IMG/VR virus record: IMGVR_UViG_3300012163_000004
Coordinates: 1-37,408 of that record
Strand: one strand, 5' to 3'
DNA length: 37,408 nt
DNA from: a virus
Lineage: Duplodnaviria > Caudoviricetes
Part shown: piece by piece, positions 8,610-18,065 of the stretch
Numbering within the stretch: the first letter of the stretch is position 1
How the letters are laid out: each line of letters opens with the position of its first letter
Made by a program: the position numbers and the translations under genes
Notes under the pieces: generated by a model
What the model saw: the letters and a program-made list of their open reading frames with translations, nothing else
The model's database searches: none
What the model was told of the DNA's origin: nothing

Positions 8610-10400
8610 ATGTCGTTAGCGACTGGAATCATTACTCAAATCCCGTTTGGCGTTACCCAGACCGGAATGGACGCAACGACGCTACTCGTTGACGCGGCCG
8701 GTGAAGCCGCCGCGTTCCTGGTCAAAATCCAGCGCACGGGGAACCTGTACCGGGTCGGTTTTAAAACCTCTACCGTGACGGGCGCGCAGACCATCCGCGT
8801 ATCGTTCCAGGGCCTGACAGGGGCGGGCGTGCCGAACGACACGGTGAATCAATTTCGTGACGTCGCCATAGCAGACACAGACGACAACCTATGGAAAGAG
8901 ACTGGCATCATTTCCTCTAACGGGACCGATGGCGGCTCTCTCCGCGCCGTCAACCGAGGGGATTATGTCGCCGTGGTTTTCGACAATCCGGGGTGGGCGG
9001 CGGGGCAAGCATTCACGCTTACCGGAATGAGCGGCGTAACCAACGCGGGCTACAGCGCCTTAAAGACCAGCGGCTCCTGGAACAAGCAGAGTCCAGGAGC
9101 GCAGATGGCGCTCTACTACGACGACAACAAAGTCTACTATCTAGAAAGCGTAATCCCGGCGACGAACATCTCGTCCCTCAACTTCAGCACGTCGTCGGCC
9201 CCATCCCGTCGCGGTCTGCATTTCCGCCTTCCGTTCCCAGCGCGGATTATGGGCTGCTTGGTCGTCGGGGCCTTTGTAGTTGCCAACGCAACTGCTCAAG
9301 TGGTGCTCTATGACGCCGCTGCAAACGTGCTTCAGCAGTCGGCGGTACATGACGCAGATTTCACGCGCAGTACTGCCGCCACTCTAACGACCTATTACTT
9401 TCCCAGTGAGCAGACTCTCGCGGCGAACACCGATTACTACGTCATGTTGGAGGCGTTGGGCACCATCAGCATCTCGCTCAACTTCTACAGCATGCAGACG
9501 GCGGCGCTGCTCGACCAACTGGCTGGCGGGCAGAATTTCTGCTTTTCCGAACTGTCCGGAACCACGTTCACCGACACGACAACCCGCCGTCCACTGATCT
9601 ACCTAATGGTCTCGGCGCTCGACGACGGCGCAGGCTCGTCCCCGACCTTCCCGCCGGCGTCGAAAGTGTACGCGGGAACCGACCGCGGCGACGGAACGCT
9701 CGGCACGCTGCACGCGAGCAATATCGCGACAGCCGCAGGCACGGGAGTGAACCTCACACCCAGTATCCTTCTCGCGGGGAATACGGTGGACGATGTCGTC
9801 GGGGCGCATACGGAGCCCGTGGTGACGTTCCCGGCAGCCTCCAAAGTGTACGCCGGCACCGACCGCGGCGATGGCACTCTCGGCACGCTCCACGCCAGCA
9901 ACATTGCAGTGGCAGCAGGGGCGGGCGTCAACCTTACGCCCTCGATCCTGTTGGCCGGCAATACCGTAGACGACGTCACAGGAACGCATACGGAGCCCGT
10001 GGTGACGTTCCCGCCGGCGTCCAAGGTCTACGCCGGGGCGGATCGCGGCGACGGCGTGGTGGGCACTCTCCACGCCTCCAATATCGCGGCGGCGGCGGGT
10101 TCTGGCGTCAACCTTACGCCCTCGATCCTGCTTGCGGGCAACACCGTAGACGACGTCACAGGGACGCACACCGAACCGGTAATAACCTTCCCCCCGGCGT
10201 CGAAAATATACGCCGGCACCGACCGCGGCGATGGCACAATCGGCACGCTCCACGCCAGCAATATCGCGACCGCGGCCGGGGCCGGATCGAATCTCGCTGC
10301 GGGCGATCTGCGCTCGGGCGTCACCGTCGACGACGTGGCCGGCTCCCTGGTCCCGACCGGCGGCGCTGTAGCCGGGGGCGCTTACACCTTCGTGGACTGA
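8610..10400 (+). CDS. Virion fibre/appendage protein with four 60-aa C-terminal repeats
   Basis: Thr/Ser/Gly/Ala-rich beta-type N-terminal region plus TFPPASKVYAGTDRGDG... repeated four times; lies in the tail module. Confidence 0.7.
   Translation: MSLATGIITQIPFGVTQTGMDATTLLVDAAGEAAAFLVKIQRTGNLYRVGFKTSTVTGAQTIRVSFQGLTGAGVPNDTVNQFRDVAIADTDDNLWKETGIISSNGTDGGSLRAVNRGDYVAVVFDNPGWAAGQAFTLTGMSGVTNAGYSALKTSGSWNKQSPGAQMALYYDDNKVYYLESVIPATNISSLNFSTSSAPSRRGLHFRLPFPARIMGCLVVGAFVVANATAQVVLYDAAANVLQQSAVHDADFTRSTAATLTTYYFPSEQTLAANTDYYVMLEALGTISISLNFYSMQTAALLDQLAGGQNFCFSELSGTTFTDTTTRRPLIYLMVSALDDGAGSSPTFPPASKVYAGTDRGDGTLGTLHASNIATAAGTGVNLTPSILLAGNTVDDVVGAHTEPVVTFPAASKVYAGTDRGDGTLGTLHASNIAVAAGAGVNLTPSILLAGNTVDDVTGTHTEPVVTFPPASKVYAGADRGDGVVGTLHASNIAAAAGSGVNLTPSILLAGNTVDDVTGTHTEPVITFPPASKIYAGTDRGDGTIGTLHASNIATAAGAGSNLAAGDLRSGVTVDDVAGSLVPTGGAVAGGAYTFVD
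9645..10340 (+). repeat. Intragenic 180-bp tandem repeat, about 3.9 copies
   Basis: Units start at 9645, 9825, 10005 and 10185. The protein sequence is near-identical between units, with mostly synonymous DNA differences. Confidence 0.95.
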
Positions 10401-10401
10401 T

Positions 10402-12153
10402 ATGCGGATCTCACTCGCCGGGCCATCCTACGCAGCCAAGAGCGTCGTAGCAGCCGCGCAGGAGACGATCAACTGGTATCCGGAGACGCTCGGCGTGGGC
10501 GATGAACCGCGGAAACAGGTGCTCGTCGGGCGGCCGGGGCTGAAGCTCTTCGCCACGCTCACCCCGGCCAAGATCCGCTGCCTGTGGGCGGGCGGCGGCC
10601 GCCTCTTCTGCATCCACGGCAACAAGCAATCGGAAATAAACTCTGCGGGCGTGCCCACGGCGGCGTCACAGACCGTCGCGGAAACGGCCGGCGTCTCGCC
10701 CGACCCGGCCCAGATCTTCAGCAACGGGCACCAGCTCATGATCGTGTCGGGCGGGCTGGTCTACGTCGACAACGGCACGGGACCGGAGCCGGCGCGCTTC
10801 TCGCTCTTTGGCCTCGTCGATACAGACGGCACGACTACGGTCTACTGGACTGAGACGACCCCCGGAACGTCCGACATCTTCACGGCGCAGATGGTGGGGC
10901 AGACGATGCGGATCGGCGACGGCGATTACCTCGTCACGAGCTTCATCAACGGCGCAACGGTTACGGTTGCTACTCCCGTTCCGATCGGAACGGACCAGCC
11001 ATACAGCGTCCCGCGCTCGGGCGACCAGGTGACGGGCGTCACCGGCGGATTCCTCGACGGCTATGGCATCGTCAACCGGCCGCCGAACCCACCGGGACCG
11101 GGAATGGCCGCGAGCCGCAGGCGCCGCAGCCGGTCGGGAAAAGCCGTGGAGCCGGAAGATCCCGGCCGGCAGTTCAACATCAGCGAGTTGAATGACTTCA
11201 CCGTATGGCATCCGCTCGACTTCGGGGTCAAAGAGGGCCACTCCGACTACATCCGCTCGATCCTCTGCGATCACGAGGAGCTTTGGCTGCTGGGCACGGA
11301 AACCACCGAGATCTGGTCGAACGTCGGCGACCCCAACTTTCCTTTTCAGCGCGACGCCGGCGCCTACATCAACGGCGGGTCCGTCGCGACGTATGCGCCG
11401 TGCTCGGTCGGAACGACGGTCTGCGCTCTGGCCGGCGGCGCAGAGGGCCAGACGGTGGCGTACCAGGCGCAGGGTCTCCAGCCGCAGCGCATCTCGACGT
11501 TCGCGCAGGAGCAGCAGTGGAACGCGCCGGGGTTCAACGCGCGGGACGCCGTCTCATATCCCTACCTGGACGCCGGCCATCTTTTCTGGGTGATCAACTT
11601 CTGGGCAGAGCAGCAGACCTGGGTCTACGACGTGACCGAGAAGCTCTGGCATGAGCGCAAAGCGTTCAACCCGGCGACTCACGTATTCGCCCGTTACCAG
11701 CCGTGGTTCCACGCCTTCATCCCCGAGTGGGGCGCGGGCGGCAAGCATATCGTCGGCGACCCCTCGACTGGCAAGCTGTACGAGCAGAGCCTGAACTTCT
11801 ACGACGACGACGGCGTCGTCATCCAATACCTCCGCGCGTTTCCGCATCTGCTCGACGAAGACAAGTATCTGTTCCACCACCGCTTCGAGCTATTCATGGA
11901 GACGGGCACAGTCGTTGCGCCGAACCCAGAGATGCTCGTCGCGCTCGACTGGAGTTCAGACCGCGGGCACACATTCCCCACGGGACGAACCGTGACTCAG
12001 ACTTCCGGTCTGCCGGGCGACTACAACAAGCGCATCGTCTGGCGGCGTCTCGGCCGTTCGCGCGATCGCGTCTACCGTGTCGGTGTGCAAGGGAGGGGCA
12101 AAGTTGCGCTGGTGGATGCCTTCCTCGAGGCCACGCCGTCGGAGATTGCCTGA
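10402..12153 (+). CDS. Tail hub / DNA stabilisation protein (P22 gp10-like)
   Basis: GPSY..KS....Q..INWYPE, PGLKLFATL, FLDGY, LWLLG..TTEIW, TWVYD.TEKLWHER and WRRLGRSRDRVYRV motifs. Confidence 0.88.
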   Translation: MRISLAGPSYAAKSVVAAAQETINWYPETLGVGDEPRKQVLVGRPGLKLFATLTPAKIRCLWAGGGRLFCIHGNKQSEINSAGVPTAASQTVAETAGVSPDPAQIFSNGHQLMIVSGGLVYVDNGTGPEPARFSLFGLVDTDGTTTVYWTETTPGTSDIFTAQMVGQTMRIGDGDYLVTSFINGATVTVATPVPIGTDQPYSVPRSGDQVTGVTGGFLDGYGIVNRPPNPPGPGMAASRRRRSRSGKAVEPEDPGRQFNISELNDFTVWHPLDFGVKEGHSDYIRSILCDHEELWLLGTETTEIWSNVGDPNFPFQRDAGAYINGGSVATYAPCSVGTTVCALAGGAEGQTVAYQAQGLQPQRISTFAQEQQWNAPGFNARDAVSYPYLDAGHLFWVINFWAEQQTWVYDVTEKLWHERKAFNPATHVFARYQPWFHAFIPEWGAGGKHIVGDPSTGKLYEQSLNFYDDDGVVIQYLRAFPHLLDEDKYLFHHRFELFMETGTVVAPNPEMLVALDWSSDRGHTFPTGRTVTQTSGLPGDYNKRIVWRRLGRSRDRVYRVGVQGRGKVALVDAFLEATPSEIA

Positions 12154-14945
12154 TGGACAAGCTCCAGATTCCACCGATCCGCACAGACCTGAACGAATCC
12201 GACAGCTCCCAGCGCTTGAAGACCGGCAAGCAATGGTATGAGTTCTGGCGGCGGTCGGGCGAGCGGATCAACTCACACACCGACGAGCTGGCCGGCATCG
12301 TCGAAGATATCGAGGAGATCAAGGACGCGATCGAAGCCATCCCGCCCGACGTGATCGACCAGCCAGGCCAGCCTACCGTGGGCGTGATCTCCTACCGCTG
12401 GCTACCGAATACGGAGTTAGGGTCTGGCGAATCATGCGCCTTTGAGCTGATGATCCCTGTGACGCCACCCTCGCCTGTTGGCGTTTACGCGGGCGTCCAT
12501 CTCTGGCTCGAGGTGCCCGACGGGTCGGCGGCTATTGATTTCACGTTCCGCGCTGGCGGCGGGAAGCTCGGAGAGGACCGAACGGCGAGCGTCTGGCTCC
12601 CTCGCGATTTCGGCAAGCATCCCTACGACAAGCAACCAAGTCAAATTGTGCGGGCGCGTATCGCCAACGTCGCGATCACCACCAACAGCACGATGAATGT
12701 CCGCGTGATGATCGTGGCGTTCAGCCCGAGCTACGATCCAGCTCCTATCCGAAACGGACTGCCTGGAGCGACTCCCTCCTGGGTGGTCAACATCCTCCCT
12801 CTCGATATCGACAAGCCGGAGTCGGCGGTGAACATCACCCCCTACACGGTGACCTCGCTGACCGCGACCGCTGGGACTCCGCAGGTCGTCAACAACCGGA
12901 TGCAGACGCCAATCAGCGTCACCGTCGACCTCTCGACAGTGCCGAACCCGCGGCCGCCGGCATGGGGCTACCGGCTGATCGCCTACATCAACGGCGTTCT
13001 CACCAGTGCTCCCATTTTCTTCTCGGACGTGTTGCAGCGAAGTGGCCTCATTCTGTTCTCCGGAAATATGGACGGCATCACCAGTCCGCACACCTTCGGA
13101 TTGATTACGCCGGCTGCTCAGACCAACGTCGTCATCTACGCGGTCGCCGGCATAGTAGCGCCCGACCTCGCCACGTTCCAACTGAACAACATCATCGTCG
13201 GCATCACCGCCAGCGCGACGGTGGTTGTCGGGGCCGTAGTCCTTACCGTATCGATAGCCGAAATCGGAGCGCGGTATCAGAACCCTCCCGGCGGAAGCAC
13301 CTACACCACGATTCGCGTCACGGCGGGATCGCAGGAAGGGGCGACGACGGCGACGATCTGGTTCACGTACAACGACGGCGCGAGCTATACCTGGATCGGC
13401 GTCTATCCGTTCACCAATGCCACGCACCAGGACCTCGTCACCATCATCCCGCTCGGGACCAGCACCTTCCGCGCCAAGCTCGCGCCAGGAAGCTATACAT
13501 CGTCTGCATCGCCACCGTCGAACGCCGTCGCCAGCAACCCGCTGACGCTGGCGATTGGGCCTCCCACGGCGCCGCTTGCCACGCTATCGATCACGAATCA
13601 GTGGGGGGACGCGCCGACGAAGGACAACATCTTCATGGGCCGCGGCATCAACGGCCCTTACGCGCGGGTGGTATTCAAAATCCAGACGGCGGGCACTCTC
13701 GATCCTGCGGCTTTCTGGTATCAGTGGTGGGTCATGTGGGTGGACAGCGCCGGGAACCCGATCAACCCCGGCAATGTTTTGAACACAAGTGGTTGGCAGG
13801 ATCACTACGGTTCAGGCAATGACGGCAAGCTCCAGGAGCATCACCTCGACATCAACTACCCTGCCGTCGCCAATGCTTACCTGGAGATTCGCGTGTATGC
13901 GCGGTCCCGAAACAGCGACGGAACGAAGCCGCCATTCACGGGGGATTCCAGCGCTGTAGTGGTCCCGTGGCCGGGAGGACTCACCTACTACCGCTTGCTC
14001 GTCGGTCTACCGCCGGGAGCGGATCAGGTGACCAACCCCGGCAACGACCAGAACTCCAACCCGACGATCTCGATGCTCGCGAACTGGAGCTTCCTCTACA
14101 ACGTTCCCGGCTTCTGGATTCAATCCGGCGCGAGGGCCGGGACGGGATACCTGTCAGGCTGGAACGCCGGGTGGAATGCCGGGGCGTCCATCGAGTGCCG
14201 GAATGATGGCGGCTCATCGGGAAGCAGCTATACCCGGCTCACTGGCTTCAGCACATCGATTACCCAGACCGTCTCAGTGATCGCAGGCGCGAAAATTTAT
14301 CTCTCGGTCGCGCTGCGCTCCTCGAACCATTCGACCAACCACAATCTCAACCTGTACGTCGATTGGCTCAACTCCAGTTCGGGGTTCATCTCCACCACCA
14401 CGGTCGGCATGGCGAGCGCCTATCTCTCCGCGTGGTCAGCCAAGGCGATCACCGGATACGTGACCGTCCCAGCCAATGCCGCCTTCGGCATCCTCCGAAT
14501 CGCTACCGGCGCATCGGAGCCAGGGTATTGGGACGTGGATGACGTGGTGATGCAGCCGGTCCTTAGCCAAGTCACAAACGACGGCACGGCGGAGGTTAGC
14601 ACGGGGGCCGATGGTTCGAATACGGGCGTCTTTCGCGCACAGGGGATCGTCTACAGCGGGGTTTATGGGCAGGACTTCGCCCAGCTTGTCGGGGGCTCGG
14701 GTGGGCAGGTTCTGCGCCTCGCCAACAACGGCCTCTCGGTTCGGATGACTCACGGTGGATCGGGTGTGGGCCAGATTGCCATTGGACACGCCGACTCTTA
14801 TCACGCCTTTGTCATCGACTTCTCCGATTCCACCGGCATCCGCCTCGCCCAGTTCATTGCGGGCGCAACTTTCATCGGCCATAACGGCACGGTCACAACG
14901 GCGGCTGGGAGCAAGCCGGTTAGAAACGGGCTTATCTGCGACTGA
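12153..14945 (+). CDS. Large tail needle/spike protein (gp26 position) with a carbohydrate-binding-like module, 930 aa
   Basis: ATG overlaps the gp10 stop (TGATG). N-terminal PPIRT...WYEFW followed by a coiled coil. A CBM4-like segment reads ITQTVSV.AG..YLSV...VTVPANA...WDVDDV. Confidence 0.7.
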   Translation: MDKLQIPPIRTDLNESDSSQRLKTGKQWYEFWRRSGERINSHTDELAGIVEDIEEIKDAIEAIPPDVIDQPGQPTVGVISYRWLPNTELGSGESCAFELMIPVTPPSPVGVYAGVHLWLEVPDGSAAIDFTFRAGGGKLGEDRTASVWLPRDFGKHPYDKQPSQIVRARIANVAITTNSTMNVRVMIVAFSPSYDPAPIRNGLPGATPSWVVNILPLDIDKPESAVNITPYTVTSLTATAGTPQVVNNRMQTPISVTVDLSTVPNPRPPAWGYRLIAYINGVLTSAPIFFSDVLQRSGLILFSGNMDGITSPHTFGLITPAAQTNVVIYAVAGIVAPDLATFQLNNIIVGITASATVVVGAVVLTVSIAEIGARYQNPPGGSTYTTIRVTAGSQEGATTATIWFTYNDGASYTWIGVYPFTNATHQDLVTIIPLGTSTFRAKLAPGSYTSSASPPSNAVASNPLTLAIGPPTAPLATLSITNQWGDAPTKDNIFMGRGINGPYARVVFKIQTAGTLDPAAFWYQWWVMWVDSAGNPINPGNVLNTSGWQDHYGSGNDGKLQEHHLDINYPAVANAYLEIRVYARSRNSDGTKPPFTGDSSAVVVPWPGGLTYYRLLVGLPPGADQVTNPGNDQNSNPTISMLANWSFLYNVPGFWIQSGARAGTGYLSGWNAGWNAGASIECRNDGGSSGSSYTRLTGFSTSITQTVSVIAGAKIYLSVALRSSNHSTNHNLNLYVDWLNSSSGFISTTTVGMASAYLSAWSAKAITGYVTVPANAAFGILRIATGASEPGYWDVDDVVMQPVLSQVTNDGTAEVSTGADGSNTGVFRAQGIVYSGVYGQDFAQLVGGSGGQVLRLANNGLSVRMTHGGSGVGQIAIGHADSYHAFVIDFSDSTGIRLAQFIAGATFIGHNGTVTTAAGSKPVRNGLICD

Positions 14946-14946
14946 T

Positions 14947-15393
14947 ATGAGCACGCCTTACGAAGACGCCGCGATGCTGCTTGCCAGCCTGGACCCGAGC
15001 GAGGCCCGCGCCCTGCTGCATCAGCATCGGCTCTCCAAGGCCCGCGCCGACGAGCTGGCCAAAGACCACCCGATGAAGGCGTACAGGCTCGACGCTGATC
15101 AGTGGGCGCAGTTCAGTGCGTACCTTCTTGATGGGGGTGGCGTCGAAGAGGATACCCAGTTAGCGACCGACATCTTCCAGGCCATCTTTGACGACAACCA
15201 GGAGGCATTCTGGAATGAGGTGTTTCACTTGGTGAAGGCCCGCGCCAAGATCAATGGCGTGATGCGTCCGCTGCCATTCGGCGGTGTCAGTTTCACCGGG
15301 GTCGGGGAGCGGGCCAGTGGACCGATGCAGCAGATTATCGGCCCAGTGCCCGAAGCGTCGGGCGAGGGCAATACGCAGGAGAAAACTGCATGA
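14947..15393 (+). CDS. Hypothetical protein (148 aa)
   Basis: ATG 1 nt after the previous stop; ATGA overlap with the next gene. Confidence 0.7.
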   Translation: MSTPYEDAAMLLASLDPSEARALLHQHRLSKARADELAKDHPMKAYRLDADQWAQFSAYLLDGGGVEEDTQLATDIFQAIFDDNQEAFWNEVFHLVKARAKINGVMRPLPFGGVSFTGVGERASGPMQQIIGPVPEASGEGNTQEKTA

Positions 15394-15713
15394 ATGAAGC
15401 GGACATCGCCCAGAAGAACGTGAAAGTAAATGGGTGGCCGCCGCTGGAGAGCGCGGGTTCGCTCGAAACCGTCTACCAGTTGAATCCCCAGGAGCGGAAG
15501 CTGGCGGCACAAGCCATCAGCTACGAGGCGTCTGTCAAGGCGCGCGTCTACGATCTCCAGGAGCAACTGGACTTGGCGCGAAAGGAACTGATCGGCGCCA
15601 CCGCACAAAGGCAGGGCGCTATGGCGATGCTGGTGCAGTCGCGTGGTTGGGAAGATGGGGCGATCTCCGACGACTTCTCCACGCTGACGAAGCGCGACCC
15701 GCGGGCGAGGTAG
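15390..15713 (+). CDS. Hypothetical coiled-coil protein (possible fibre assembly chaperone)
   Basis: GGAG RBS; heptad pattern VYDLQEQLDLARKELI; lies between two fibre-like genes. Confidence 0.7.
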   Translation: MNEADIAQKNVKVNGWPPLESAGSLETVYQLNPQERKLAAQAISYEASVKARVYDLQEQLDLARKELIGATAQRQGAMAMLVQSRGWEDGAISDDFSTLTKRDPRAR

Positions 15714-15717
15714 ACCA

Positions 15718-17160
15718 ATGTCCTGGACGTTCCCCAACGACTGGACCGATGGCGAGGTCGTTTCAGGGTCGGACCTGAACAAGATACGCGGCGACATCGA
15801 GCATTGGGGTGGCGACGTGGACGGCGGTGGCCACCACCTGGGCAATGTCATAATCGATAGCGCCCTCTCGCAGACACCGTGGACGAGCAACATCAACGCG
15901 GCGGGGTATCAACTTTCCAACACGGGCTTGGTTCGCGTGCAGGGCTTAGGAACGGCTCCGACTTCCGGCAGCGGCGTCGAAATTTATTATGCGTCCAACG
16001 CCGGACACATCTTTGCGTACGACCGCGCGACGGCGACATTCCGCTCATTCGGCGTGCACGGCGACCCGCTGGCATTGAATCCGAATAACGGCAAGTACGT
16101 CGGCGTTGGAACATTAAGCCCCACTGCCCGCACGCACATCGTTGAGGTGGGCGGCAATCCCAGTCTCGCCGCTGATACCGCCGTCGCCAACTTGCGCCTT
16201 CAGGTGAGCAGCACCTACTTAGATATTGGCCGCTATAATGCCTCCCCGTTTGCCCACTGGATGCAGGTCTATGGCGGCGGCGGCGGCTTCCCGTTGGCGT
16301 TTCAACCGCTCGGCGGCAACGTTGGCGTTGGGACGGCGAACCCTCTGGACAAGTTCAACGTCGTTGGCGGCGCAATCCGCTTGGCGACGGACGACTCTAG
16401 CAATGCTTCGTCCTACTATCAGATTGAGCGTCACGGGGCTTCTGGCTACCTCATTCTGTATGGCAGTCAGACGAGTTTTTCGGGCTACGGTTTCGACTAT
16501 ACAGATGGGGGTGGCGTTAGAGCGCGGGCGTTAACGATCGCGACCGTGAACGGCAATGTCGGAATCGGCACGTCGAGTCCCGGTTACAAACTCCAAGTCG
16601 ATGGTGGCCGGGGAGTCTTCAACGCAGCGTCTGAACTCTACGCGATTGGCCTCGCCAATTCTGTTGGCGGGCTAATAACCTGGCTCGGTTGCGATGTCGC
16701 CGGCGCGTTCCACATCTCGGATCGCTTCGGCGCGGGCCGCGTTCAGGTGGAACAGGCGGGCAACGTCGGTATCGGCATGGCGCCGGTGTTCAAACTCGAC
16801 GTAAACGGGACGTGCCGCGCTACGGCGTTTCGAGGCGATGGCTCGTTGTTGACCGGCATCGCCAGTGGCGGCGTCACAACGCAGCAAGTCGTCACCGGAT
16901 CGCGGGCGATTAACGGGGTGTACCGGAATATGACGGGCAAGCCGATGATGGTGACCGTCACGGCCGCGCTAGGGGCGGGAGTGCTCGTTGATGTCTTATG
17001 CGATTCGGCGAGCAGTCCAATAACCGGAGTGGCGCAAGCGTACAACGTCGGAGCCTCTGTCGCGCAGCAGAGTGTGTGCTTTTGGGTATTGCCAACTTAC
17101 TATTACACAGTTTTTACGACCGGTTCGGCCACTGTGAGCCGATGGACCGAATGGTATTGA
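15718..17160 (+). CDS. Tail fibre protein
   Basis: Repeated GNVGIGT/GNVGVGT fibre motifs. The C-terminal YRN.TGKPM.V.V...W.E domain resembles short fibre tips. Confidence 0.82.
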   Translation: MSWTFPNDWTDGEVVSGSDLNKIRGDIEHWGGDVDGGGHHLGNVIIDSALSQTPWTSNINAAGYQLSNTGLVRVQGLGTAPTSGSGVEIYYASNAGHIFAYDRATATFRSFGVHGDPLALNPNNGKYVGVGTLSPTARTHIVEVGGNPSLAADTAVANLRLQVSSTYLDIGRYNASPFAHWMQVYGGGGGFPLAFQPLGGNVGVGTANPLDKFNVVGGAIRLATDDSSNASSYYQIERHGASGYLILYGSQTSFSGYGFDYTDGGGVRARALTIATVNGNVGIGTSSPGYKLQVDGGRGVFNAASELYAIGLANSVGGLITWLGCDVAGAFHISDRFGAGRVQVEQAGNVGIGMAPVFKLDVNGTCRATAFRGDGSLLTGIASGGVTTQQVVTGSRAINGVYRNMTGKPMMVTVTAALGAGVLVDVLCDSASSPITGVAQAYNVGASVAQQSVCFWVLPTYYYTVFTTGSATVSRWTEWY

Positions 17161-17795
17161 TCACATTCGAGCGCACGCACAACTACGCCCTGGTGAGAAC
17201 GGTGATGACACACCCGCGCATCTGGCCGCACATCTCAGACGACGGATCGCCCGCGGCCTCGGACTACCGGGCGCCTGAGGGCGAGCACATCTGGTACGTG
17301 CTGGCGCGGGACGCGGGCGAGCTGCTCGGCCTCTGGGTATTCCACCCGCAGAACGCCATCTGTTGGGAGGCGCATACCTGCGTGCTGCCGCACGCCTGGG
17401 GCGACGTGGGACTCGAGGCGGCGCGGCTCCTGCCGGCGTGGATGTGGGAGCACACGCCCTGCCGGCGGATCGTCACCAACATACCGGCGACGAACCGCCT
17501 GGCGCTGCATTTTGCCATCAATGCGGGGATGCATTCGTTCGGCGTCAACTCGGCGAGCTATCTCAAGGACGGGCAGCTCTGGGATCAGGTGTGCCTAGGC
17601 ATCAGCCCGCCGGAAATACAGGCGGAAACACTGGCCCGCCGTGAGGCGGAAACGGGGTCAGGTGCGATTGTTGCGGGCGGCCTTGACGTAGCCGCCCATG
17701 CCCCGGCATCACCCGGAGAACGCGACACTGGCGCGGAGATGCGCCAGCGAAGGTCGTCAGACCGCTATGCGCTTGATCATGTCCTTGAACAGTGA
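17151..17795 (+). CDS. P22 gp14-like GNAT-fold protein (DUF2824-like)
   Basis: WEAHTCVLP.AWG, RRIVTNIP..NRLA and G....SYLKDGQLWDQV.LGI motifs; syntenic just before the gp7-like gene. Start is approximate (ATG 17151 or TTG 17157). Confidence 0.78.
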   Translation: MVLITFERTHNYALVRTVMTHPRIWPHISDDGSPAASDYRAPEGEHIWYVLARDAGELLGLWVFHPQNAICWEAHTCVLPHAWGDVGLEAARLLPAWMWEHTPCRRIVTNIPATNRLALHFAINAGMHSFGVNSASYLKDGQLWDQVCLGISPPEIQAETLARREAETGSGAIVAGGLDVAAHAPASPGERDTGAEMRQRRSSDRYALDHVLEQ

Positions 17796-17996
17796 CCGGA
17801 TCTCTTTCATGTCGCGCACGTGTTCTGCGCGATGGCGGCGGTGCTCTACTCGCATCTCTTTCATTTCCCGATCATGCTCTTTGGCATATTGGCGCAGTTC
17901 TTTAGCCGTTGCTGCCGTTTGGGCGGCCGCCATATTGAGCAGTTCTTCAATGCGGTCGAGTCGGTTCTTGCCGTTGGTCTTTCCGTTGGTTGTCAA
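17757..17996 (-). CDS. Small coiled-coil protein, antisense moron inside the virion operon
   Basis: TTG start after GGAGAG; RLDRIEELL...HDREMKE heptads; TAGAAT -10-like box upstream on the minus strand (about 18038-18043). Confidence 0.7.
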   Translation of the reverse strand: MTTNGKTNGKNRLDRIEELLNMAAAQTAATAKELRQYAKEHDREMKEMRVEHRRHRAEHVRDMKEIRSLFKDMIKRIAV

Positions 17997-18065
17997 GGCG
18001 GGGCTCTCCTGCCGGGTGATGACCGGCTTATCTATCTATTCTAGCGCGACTTAGGGGGTTGTACC

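Noticed and set aside
9645-10340. Regular repeats as a possible CRISPR array
   Set aside because: The 180-bp units are in-frame coding repeats with synonymous variation and no unique spacers; no cas genes are present.
11703-12152. N-terminal 150 aa of the listed 1080-aa ORF
   Set aside because: Overlaps the gp10-like gene out of frame; the TGATG-coupled ATG at 12153 is the more plausible start.
15718-17160. Tail fibre tip as a diversity-generating retroelement target
   Set aside because: No reverse transcriptase gene, and no second near-identical template copy seen.
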